NCBI GenBank assembly: GCA_965198175.1
Contig: OZ240245.1
Location: 3,872,001 to 3,936,000 of the forward strand
Direction of reading: 5' to 3'
DNA length: 64,000 nt
Origin: Candidatus Poribacteria bacterium
GTDB lineage: Bacteria; Poribacteria; WGA-4E; PCPOR2b
Under the pieces are notes generated by a model. The model did no database searches and had not been told where the DNA came from. It saw nothing but the letters and a program-made list of their open reading frames with translations. Both the position numbers and the translations under genes were made by a program. This document shows, piece after piece, positions 49,842 through 58,900 of this stretch (the first letter of the stretch is position 1; every line of letters starts with the position of its first letter).

Positions 49842-51745
49842 TCACCTTCCTCCGTCGCCTGCAATAATCCATCTCGGAAATGCGATGATTCACTGCTTTC
49901 CTGATTCATCAGCTTTTGCACGGTCTCAATCAATTCATGGCGGTACGAAATCCAAGGTAAAAGACGTAACGTTAACGCCCAATCAAGAGCTCGGGACGAT
50001 GCCAAAATACCATTCGAAAGTTGAACATACCGTTGAATGTCACGTAGAAGTTGTAGCGGAATTTGCGTACCTGTGTTTTCAATCGCTTCTTGCAGCTGAT
50101 TCAGAAATTCAAGCTGACTGACATCAAGATTCGGACGGCACCAAGATTCCCATTCACAACGCGTGACAATAAAGCCTGTCGGTTTCAAGTTTTGCGCCTC
50201 AATCGGCTCCGGACCTTGTGGTTTGGGCAGGCGTGCTACCCGCACATAAACATCCTGATTCGTCTCACACCGATTCGTTCCTGAATAGCGGGTGAGAAAA
50301 ACTCTGATGCCACCGTCGGAAAAATCACCAACCCAGTCTAAAAATCTTGGCAGGTAACTTTCCGGGAATGACCTATCACAATCACTGAAGCGAATTGCCC
50401 ACGGCATGTTGCCCATTTCAAACATTTTCCTAATTGAGATGTCGAGATCCATTGTCCTCAATTGTTCCCCAAAACACTCTTGAGAAAAAAGTCCAGGAAA
50501 CCAATCCTGTAACCCAAGCCACCCCATTTCCACATCAATTTTCGTGAGGTGCAGGTGGTTATCACACATCAGTCGCCAAACGTTGATTATTCGTGTGTCG
50601 GCAACCTCAAGCGCAGGAAAGGCTTTCAGGGCAACGTGGATGACTGCTGCCGTTTCATCGGAATCCGTTACACCAAACCTTCGTAGGCTAAACTTGAAAT
50701 CCTCAAGATAATCATTTTCATCTTGGTAATGCTCCCTTTCCTCTTCTAACTCGGCAGCATAATATTCCGCAATGCGCGCAGTTTGGTGGGCGATTCGTGG
50801 CGCATCGGTCGTTTGATGTTGTTCTTCCCGTTCCATTTTTATTTCAGCGATTTTTCTGTCCAACCCATCAAGCTGGGCACCAATCGATTGGACGCTTGCT
50901 TGGATTCGCTGATCCAGCTGTACAATTTCCTGTTTCATACTATTGACAAATTCGACATTTGTCAGTTTAACTTCAAGCGACTTCACTGATTCCTCGACGC
51001 TAGAAAACCGCGTATTGACTGATTGCTTCAATTGACCAGCTCTGTCATTAAAGCTTGATTTTGTTTCCGAAAGTTGAGTCTCGAAAGACTTGATTGCTTC
51101 TGCAATTTGTCGATCGGGCGTCTGCACCGCTGCAGAAAGCTGTGACTTGAGCAAGTCAATAGCCTCAGATAGCTGACGGACCTGATTAGGAAGTGCTGCC
51201 AGCCGTTGCTGGCCCTCGATCTCTGCCTTGGGGAGTGCTTTTTCGATGAGGGTTTCAATCTCATCTGAAGGAAGAAAGTAACCATACTCGTAGAAGCGTC
51301 GAATCGTCTCCCGATTGATCCGGTAGTTTTGGCTTGCTTCCAACATGATTTTGAAACACTCAATATCGAGTTGGCTATTGGGCGGTGCAATGCACTCCCG
51401 GTTTTCATCAAAATCCGATTCATTCCTAAACTCGAGTAGAAGTTTGTTCAATTCATGATGCGATTCAACCCATGCTGTCCATGCCGTTTTGAACATGTTC
51501 CAGATGGCAGAATTGCTTTTGGTAAGTTCTTGTTCCTTCTTCAACTCGCGAATCAACATTGGGACTGTCCGTGTTAGCGGTGCACGTCCTGGTCGGAATC
51601 CCTTCACCTTGCTTGGAAGGAGTTTTTCTTGTATAAATTGTTTGCCTGAAGGCTCTGTCACCTCTTCCAAGAACGCAATAAAATCCTCCTTACTCCGCTC
51701 TGTTAAATCTCTCCGTTTATCTTCGGGATACGGTTTCGCTTCCAT
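49838..51745 (-). CDS. Coiled-coil protein with degenerate McrB-like AAA+ C-terminus, Druantia-like accessory subunit
   Basis: Long heptad-rich central region; IDVEMGW, FSDCDRSFPESYLPRFL and ALDWALTLRLLPWI resemble the McrB-family pattern without an intact Walker A. G-rich SD (AAGGGGG) before the ATG at 51745. Confidence 0.65.
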   Translation of the reverse strand: MEAKPYPEDKRRDLTERSKEDFIAFLEEVTEPSGKQFIQEKLLPSKVKGFRPGRAPLTRTVPMLIRELKKEQELTKSNSAIWNMFKTAWTAWVESHHELNKLLLEFRNESDFDENRECIAPPNSQLDIECFKIMLEASQNYRINRETIRRFYEYGYFLPSDEIETLIEKALPKAEIEGQQRLAALPNQVRQLSEAIDLLKSQLSAAVQTPDRQIAEAIKSFETQLSETKSSFNDRAGQLKQSVNTRFSSVEESVKSLEVKLTNVEFVNSMKQEIVQLDQRIQASVQSIGAQLDGLDRKIAEIKMEREEQHQTTDAPRIAHQTARIAEYYAAELEEEREHYQDENDYLEDFKFSLRRFGVTDSDETAAVIHVALKAFPALEVADTRIINVWRLMCDNHLHLTKIDVEMGWLGLQDWFPGLFSQECFGEQLRTMDLDISIRKMFEMGNMPWAIRFSDCDRSFPESYLPRFLDWVGDFSDGGIRVFLTRYSGTNRCETNQDVYVRVARLPKPQGPEPIEAQNLKPTGFIVTRCEWESWCRPNLDVSQLEFLNQLQEAIENTGTQIPLQLLRDIQRYVQLSNGILASSRALDWALTLRLLPWISYRHELIETVQKLMNQESSESSHFRDGLLQATEEGE

Positions 51746-53732
51746 GGCTATTTCCCCCTTCCTTGCGGAGATTCGCATAAGACAGAGCCGTTTCGTGGTA
51801 GTGCCCCAACTTTTTTTGAACAAGGGATCGCAAGGCAACATTCCTATCTAGGTATTCGATTGCCTTTCCCAACCAATCCGGCACCGACGCCTTGTCCTGC
51901 TTGAGTTCTATTGCGGTTTTCACAACCAATGAGATGAGTTCAGCAGGGGATTTGAGCAATGAATCAGTGTCTTCTTCGCGAGATTGCGGTTCAGTTCGGA
52001 CATCGCCCCATGTGACTTCAGGAATGTCCTTCCCGAAGAATTTCGCGCCCGATAACCACACGCCCGGTTCTGACGAAATCTCTGTGACCTCACAATCTTT
52101 GAAAATCGGTGTTTTCTTGGTATGGCGATCGAATTTGATGATTGAAGTTTGTTTTTCGTGTTCAGTAGAACGGATTGGAGAAACAACGCGTAGTGTGGTT
52201 CGACAATCAAGGTATGAAAGGCCATACATACCCGGATCCAAGCCGTCCGGGAATTCAATCTTACGATTTGAAGGAACCCGCAATAGTTGATCGTTGATGT
52301 AAAAAGATTCATCGGTTAAGTCAACGAGACTAGGAACAACAACCATAGGAAGACAAATGTCAAGATAGGAATTACTTCTCCGATCTGCGGGTAATCCACC
52401 AACAAGGCGGATCTGATCAGAAGTCGTTACATGATAACCCATGAGCGACGACTGAGATAAGGCAGTTGGCTTTACGATGAGATATTGCCATCCTGTTTCA
52501 CCACCTGCGACACGAATTTTTACTGGCGAATTTCTCTCCTTACAAACTTTATCCAGGAATAGTTCAACGTCTCTTCTCCGTCCCTCTCGAAAGACAATTC
52601 GGTGTTCTTCGTGCAGCAGAAGATTTCCTTGGCTTAGCCAGCCATTATCACGAGCCAGATCTTGTCTAAATATCCAGATATCCGAGGACTTTAGTCGAAA
52701 AGTTAGAGGATTACTATTCGCAGATTTGAGTTCAAGGTTATTCCGCAAGCTCCAAAATGAGCGCCGATCGTCAGGCACAATAAAAGGTTGATACCATCGT
52801 TCATCGAGTGGCTTCAATCTTTCAACAAGGAGTGAGTTGGGTTCAAGAGGAATTGGGAAGGCATTCCGGCATCGAAACCAATATCTTACATGATCGACAT
52901 TCCCATAGAGGTCAAAGCACAGTTGGACATCTATTGCAACAGATCGACGTTTAGTTCTGGTGCGCAGGGGCGCGTCGGGTGGTTCACCATCCCAGTTTTT
53001 CAAAAGCGATTGGATTTGACGCAAAATCAAGCGAATTTCGGGCGTGCGTTGCTCAATAGGTCCTCTAATTTTCGCAGGGAACTTTCTTAATGATTTCCAT
53101 GTCTGGAGTTGGGCAAGTAATTGCGATTCGGCGAGGTGAGTTCCGGATTTGAGGTTAGACTCATGAAAGAAACGTTGAATGTTCAGCCTATCATGTTTGT
53201 TGATTAAACTTTGCGATATCGGAAACCAAACGTATCTGCGGGTTTGTGGCCCAATGGTCAAATGGAGTTCGACATCATGTTTATCTTCTGCCCATTCCTG
53301 GAGATGTTTCCAAAATGCTTCAAATTGATTACGATTAAAACCGTTTGGTTTACCTTTAATTGACACGCCGAATAATACATAGTTGAGACGAACATAGTAA
53401 TCTCTGGGAGAAATCGTATTATCGGATTCCATCTGCGATGCGGCGAGTACAGTTAAGGCGAGGAAAGCGACTTGAAGTGGCTCTTTATCTGGAGAGTGTA
53501 TCCGAAAATTCTTCGGATCGATGCTCCAGAAGTTTAATCGATTGCCGGCTTGAACGACTTTATCTCTGACGGATACTTTTAAGCTCTCGGCAGCATCTGC
53601 CACGTTGAAACCGGACATTTTTGCGATTTCACCCAGAGTTTCCGCATTTGTTTGTAAGAAGACAACTTCACCGGGATCACGATCTTCAAATATATAGGAG
53701 ATGATAGCTCGGTTCCATTGTTCGTAGTTCAT
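51717..53732 (-). CDS. Hypothetical protein, first gene of the Druantia-like operon
   Basis: ~670-aa ORF (YEQWNRAI...FLALTVLAAS...YYVRL...YVWFPISQSL); overlaps the next gene. Confidence 0.7.
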   Translation of the reverse strand: MNYEQWNRAIISYIFEDRDPGEVVFLQTNAETLGEIAKMSGFNVADAAESLKVSVRDKVVQAGNRLNFWSIDPKNFRIHSPDKEPLQVAFLALTVLAASQMESDNTISPRDYYVRLNYVLFGVSIKGKPNGFNRNQFEAFWKHLQEWAEDKHDVELHLTIGPQTRRYVWFPISQSLINKHDRLNIQRFFHESNLKSGTHLAESQLLAQLQTWKSLRKFPAKIRGPIEQRTPEIRLILRQIQSLLKNWDGEPPDAPLRTRTKRRSVAIDVQLCFDLYGNVDHVRYWFRCRNAFPIPLEPNSLLVERLKPLDERWYQPFIVPDDRRSFWSLRNNLELKSANSNPLTFRLKSSDIWIFRQDLARDNGWLSQGNLLLHEEHRIVFREGRRRDVELFLDKVCKERNSPVKIRVAGGETGWQYLIVKPTALSQSSLMGYHVTTSDQIRLVGGLPADRRSNSYLDICLPMVVVPSLVDLTDESFYINDQLLRVPSNRKIEFPDGLDPGMYGLSYLDCRTTLRVVSPIRSTEHEKQTSIIKFDRHTKKTPIFKDCEVTEISSEPGVWLSGAKFFGKDIPEVTWGDVRTEPQSREEDTDSLLKSPAELISLVVKTAIELKQDKASVPDWLGKAIEYLDRNVALRSLVQKKLGHYHETALSYANLRKEGGNSHGSETVSRR

Positions 53733-53790
53733 GACAGTCAGCAAATTCGTACAACGGGAGAACGTCTCCAGTGACAGGGACTGGTGCACC

Positions 53791-54816
53791 TCAAGCAGTA
53801 TTCCGCACGACCGTTGATCGAAGCGATTTGAGAAGTTTGGAAATGGCTCTGTTTTTCTTGCCGATGGCTAGTGCTGTCTCGCACGCTGCGATAGCGCGTA
53901 CTCCTATCGCAGTGTCCTGTGTGGACTGATAGGCAACGGCATAAATCTTTGCAGCGGTGGAGTGATATTCCGCCGGATCGACGCCATCTGCGATCTCTCT
54001 GGACGGCGTCGGCGTAGTCGCATTGAAATCATCTGAGATGCGGTTTAACGTGGCTAGCCCCGCTTCCCAAGCTTCGGATTTCGCTTCACAGACGACTTTG
54101 CGATAGAGCGGCGCTGGTGTGGAATTATCCAACCAGTAAGCCTGTTCGCAGCAGGCTGCGGCTTCGTCGTAGACCTCATTGGCATCGTGTAGTTTCGCCA
54201 ATTCACTATAAAACGCATACAGTCCGCTATGGGTAATGGCGTACCGATTGTGCGCCGTATTCGCAAGCCAATCCCCATCCTCTAGAAACTCGATTGCGGA
54301 GTTCTTGTCATCTTCCGTAATGATGATGTCAGTCAGTAGGTGTTGGGCAACAGCGGCGTTTGGGTAGATTTTTGTGCGGCTTTTCATCAAGGGGTAGGCT
54401 TGCACGGCTTTATCCATCTGGAGCAGCTTAAACCCCGTGGCGATTCGGAAAAGGGAGACAATCTGATCGCTATTTTTTCGATCCCGCTCGTCAATAATTA
54501 TCTCCTGATTTTCGGCGATGCGGCGATTGAGATCCCCGAATTCTGCCCTAATCTCCGCATCGGTTGGATTCAGTTGAATCGCACGTCCGAGAAACCTTTG
54601 GGCGGTAAACACTTCGTTCCAGCTTCGGTAGATTCTCGCAAGATAAAAGTTGGCTTGGGCGTGGATTTCGGGTTCCGCCTCGACGGACAAGATGGTTTCC
54701 CAAACCTGGATGGCACTTGGGAAGTCGTCCTCGTTTTCAAGCGATTGGGCGTATTGGACAAATCTGACTATGTCAGAGCGCACCTGATTTTGGGTGGATA
54801 CGTAGGTTTTTTGCAT
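53791..54816 (-). CDS. TPR-like helical repeat protein
   Basis: ANFYLARIY...RAIQLNP and LAKLH...AAACCEQAY.LD helical repeats. Confidence 0.7.
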   Translation of the reverse strand: MQKTYVSTQNQVRSDIVRFVQYAQSLENEDDFPSAIQVWETILSVEAEPEIHAQANFYLARIYRSWNEVFTAQRFLGRAIQLNPTDAEIRAEFGDLNRRIAENQEIIIDERDRKNSDQIVSLFRIATGFKLLQMDKAVQAYPLMKSRTKIYPNAAVAQHLLTDIIITEDDKNSAIEFLEDGDWLANTAHNRYAITHSGLYAFYSELAKLHDANEVYDEAAACCEQAYWLDNSTPAPLYRKVVCEAKSEAWEAGLATLNRISDDFNATTPTPSREIADGVDPAEYHSTAAKIYAVAYQSTQDTAIGVRAIAACETALAIGKKNRAISKLLKSLRSTVVRNTA

Positions 54817-54996
54817 GGAAATTGGGATTTGTATTTTTGGTTATTTGTATTATAGCCACTTCAACTAAAAATTACACATATTAATCCGATCAAAAAGAGG
54901 TGTCAATCCCCCAAAACTATCGCCTTCGCTATCCGCTCAGTTGATCCCTCTAGCTCGCCCTTGGTAAAGGGGAGAATGTAAGCTGTTCAACCCAAC

Positions 54997-55209
54997 CTAC
55001 GAGACTTCTTCAGAACTCCAAATTTCCGTCTTCTTTGCAAATGTCTCAGCGACATCGTCAGCGATGGTGTCTTTAATGAGGTTGATGAGGTCTTCGCGGA
55101 ATTTCATCCAATCCTGTCCGCGCCTCGTAAAACGGTATGGACCGTCAAATTCAACAAACATGGTATCGTTGGGTTGGGATAGCGATTCGTAGTAGCGAGT
55201 CACTTTCAT
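54997..55209 (-). CDS. Small hypothetical protein
   Basis: 70-aa ORF with a strong SD (AGGAGG), directly downstream of the HAD gene. Confidence 0.7.
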   Translation of the reverse strand: MKVTRYYESLSQPNDTMFVEFDGPYRFTRRGQDWMKFREDLINLIKDTIADDVAETFAKKTEIWSSEEVS

Positions 55210-55254
55210 GACTTTTTCCTCCTGATAAGGGACGCCGAATCCGGATTGCGGCGC

Positions 55255-55956
55255 TTAGGATTCGGCGCGGAGTGTCCAATTTTGAATCTCCCAGCGGCAT
55301 TCGGTGGCGATTCGCCGAAACGCCTTGCTGGGATTGACGGCGACTGGATGATTAACGCATCGCAGCATCGGCAGATCCGCACTGCTATCGCCGTATGCGT
55401 AGCTTGAAGCGAGATCGACCCCATGACGCTCAGCGAACCCTGTGATGACGCGAGCCTTTTCCTCTCCACTCAGCGGCGGCGTTGTGAGCTCACCTGTGAA
55501 TTTTCCGCCCTCCTCGTGAAGCTGTACTGTTAAGGCATGGTCACATTGAAGAAAATCAGCGAGCGGCTGGATGATAAAGTTGAGCGACCCGCTCACGAGA
55601 ACGACCAGATTGCCACGGCTTCGGTGTTCATGGATGCGATTTAACGCAGCGGGGAAGATTTTCGGGCGGAGGAGCGTATCGAATTTCTCAGAAGCGAGTT
55701 GACGAAGTTTCTCAACATCCAGACCTCGGTAGTTTCGGTAGAACACTTGGTTGAATTTTGTGCGACTAGCTTTATCGAGAAAGAGGTAGTAAATTACTTT
55801 GGGGGCGAATTGAATCAGCCACAACGGGCGTAGTGCGGGATGAAGCAGCGGAAAGCGGAGCGAAACGAAGTAGTGGACAATGGTGCTCTTCACAATGGTG
55901 CCATCGACATCGAAGAAGGCAGCCGTTTTTTGTTCCGGCGGCTGGATTTTTGACAT
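55255..55956 (-). CDS. HAD-IB family phosphatase (SerB-like)
   Basis: FFDVDGT, LVSGS, K, AYGDSSADLPML. Confidence 0.9.
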   Translation of the reverse strand: MSKIQPPEQKTAAFFDVDGTIVKSTIVHYFVSLRFPLLHPALRPLWLIQFAPKVIYYLFLDKASRTKFNQVFYRNYRGLDVEKLRQLASEKFDTLLRPKIFPAALNRIHEHRSRGNLVVLVSGSLNFIIQPLADFLQCDHALTVQLHEEGGKFTGELTTPPLSGEEKARVITGFAERHGVDLASSYAYGDSSADLPMLRCVNHPVAVNPSKAFRRIATECRWEIQNWTLRAES

Positions 55957-55961
55957 CGACC

Positions 55962-58900
55962 TTAACTCCAGTTTGAAATGTTCTGCGCAGCGCGCGGGCT
56001 ACCTAACGTATTGTGCATATTCGCCCGCAACTCCTCGATTCGTCCTCTCACTTCATCAACAAACGCTCTATAGACTTCATGATTGATTGTCGCACCGCCT
56101 TGGGAGGAATGGAGCGTCATTGGCTCACCAAAAACCACTTTAATTGGTTTCCTACGTGGCAGGTGTTTACCTTTTGGCAGGGCTTGATATGTACCGTGGA
56201 TATAGGTTGGGACGATTGGCGCCCCGGTTTCATACGCGAGCAAGCCGAGTCCTGCTTTGAACGGTTGAAGTTCGCCCGTGACGGAGCGTGTGCCCTCTGG
56301 ATAGATGAGTAAGCATCGGTTTTCAAGCATTGTTTCATGTGAAGTCTGGACATCTCGCAGAAACTGAGAAAAGTTGTCTTTCCGCTCGAAAGGCAGGAAT
56401 TTAAACAGTTTGCCAAAGAACCACGCTTTGAAGCGGGTATTAAAAAAGTAGTCCCTCGCAGCGAGAATTTTGATGCCTCTGGCTGCCTTACCTAGGGCGG
56501 TGACAACGGCGCCCGTATCTAGGTGACTTGAGTGGTTGGCGACAAAGATACACGGTTGCTCGCGCGGAATGTGCGCTTTTCCGTAGGTTTTGATTGAGAA
56601 ATAACCTTTATAGGCGATACGCATCCCGAATCGTAAGAGCCGCGTTTTAATTGACAAGTGCGGCGGACCAATCTCAGCGTAGGACGGTCGCTCAGCACGT
56701 GCAGCAATTGCCGTGGCGCTCTCAACGTTGTGGAGCACGGGTTGAGCTTGCAGTGTCTTTACTGTTTGAATTACGTCCCCAACGGTCCGTATTTGCGTAA
56801 CCATCTCATCCGGAATAGGAAGTTGGAGTTTGGCTTCCAGCAATAACAACAATTCCACCCGCCCGAGCGAATCCAATCCGAGATCTGAGTCTAAGTGATC
56901 TTCCATGCGAATCCCTTCAAGCGGCAGACGTGACAAGCGGCTCAACTCAGCAGCGATTGCACCCTCCCAACCCTCAGAAATCCAATCCGGTTGCGTTGAG
57001 GATGGCGCTTCGTGAGATGCGGCGGTGACACTCTCCGCCGTTGGAGTATCGTCTTCTGTCTTCCCAGACAGTTGCTCCAGCAGCATCTCTTTAACGCGAC
57101 GCCGGTGAATCTCAAAGGTCGGCAGTTTGGGCAACTCAGATTCCCAGAAGTGTACTTTGTGAAGATGTTGGTAGCTGGGCAGGTTGCGCGCACACGTCTG
57201 AAGATGCTGGCGAATGGCAACTTCGACCTCCGCTAGATTGGGTTTGCCCCTGCGATTTGGAAGAATGACAGCGTGAACTTCTTCGCCGTGCGAATCACCG
57301 ATGTTCACACCGACAACGCAGATTTCCGCAATATCGGGGCTGTGTCGATAGAGCTCTTCAAGTTCAACTGGATAAATATTTTTGCCCGCACTTGAGACGA
57401 TGACATCTTTGAGGCGCCCGGTGATATAAAGATAGCCATCTGCATCGATGTACCCGAGATCCCCTGTATACAGCGTTCCTTCTCGCATCATCTGTCCTGT
57501 CGCCCCTGGGTTCCGATAGTAGCCCGCCATTAAGCTAGGACCTTGTGCAATAATCTCGCCGATCCCGTCGGGGTTGGGACGATGAATCTGCACTTGTGTT
57601 CCACGTACAGGAACGCCGACAGATGCCCGCTTACTTTTGTGATGTGGATTAACAGTTAGTACGGGCGCCGTTTCGGTCAAGCCGTATCCTTGATAAATTG
57701 TCAGCCCGAACCGCTGGAATTCGTCGTAAATTTCGTTGGACAGTGCCGCCCCCCCACTCACAAGGACACGCATGTTCCCGCCTAAAGCAGCACGAAACGC
57801 TTCAACTGTTGCTACATCAGCCGGGGAATCCGCGTCTGCGAGAGATTTCACGACATAGCGCATAATTGTATCGTAAATCAACTTAAACATACGCGGCACT
57901 CCAATCACGACGGTCGTCTTTGTCTCCTGCATCGTTTCTAGAACCACCGTGGGCTTAAGTGTATTGGGATAGGTCGCTGTGGCACCGCCATAAATCGACA
58001 TCAGGAAACAGCAGGTAAACTCCAACGCATGGTGCAAGGGCAATATTGACAGGAACTGGTCTGTATCGCGGGGCGGCAATGCTTGTGCAACAGCGAGAAC
58101 GTTTGCGATGAAATTCTTGTGGGAGAGCATAACCCCCTTCGCCTCGACGGTAGTGCCCGCTGTGAAGATTATTGAGGCGATTGTGTCAGGCTGTATATCC
58201 ACGTCGGGGAAGTCGTCGGTTATTTCGGGTAGATTATCAATCGGGTCACTTCCTTCGATTGAAGGGGATTGCGATTCCGTCGTATATTCGAATTCAAAAG
58301 GTTGGCAGAGACGATTGATGTTCAAGAGCGCTACCGACGGCGTTTCATCGGCGGACTGAAGCAAGACGCGGTGTAGGTGACTAGCAATCGTCTCCGAAGT
58401 TAGAATGGCTTTCGCACCGGTAAATTTGGCAAGCGCAAACATTTCGCGCTCCGGGGTTTGTCGATCGACAGGAACAACTGTGATACCAATCTGCGTGGCA
58501 CCTAAATAAGCGATACCCCATTCAGGTTGATTCTCCGCAAAGAGGATGAGGCGATCGCCTGTGCGATACCCACGATTCCAGAGCGAACAAGCGATTCGCC
58601 GCGAAAAGTCATAGAGTTGGCGATAGGAATATCGTGCCCATGTGTCGCCAGTTTTCATCTGAAGCGCCGTTTTGTTCGGATAGGCATTGGCACGATCGGC
58701 AATCAGATCTGGAATGGTTCGATATGGGAATTGTGAGTTGTCGCTAGCGTCGTCGACTCGACTGCCATTCCCCTCTTCGCTTCGTTCAGGTACGGGTTTT
58801 TGCCGCTCGTCCCTTTCAAGTTTGAGGATGTGCCGCTTGATGCCCGGAATATGAACCTCCTGGAGATAATGTCTCCAATCAAATCGTGAGACATCAAAGT

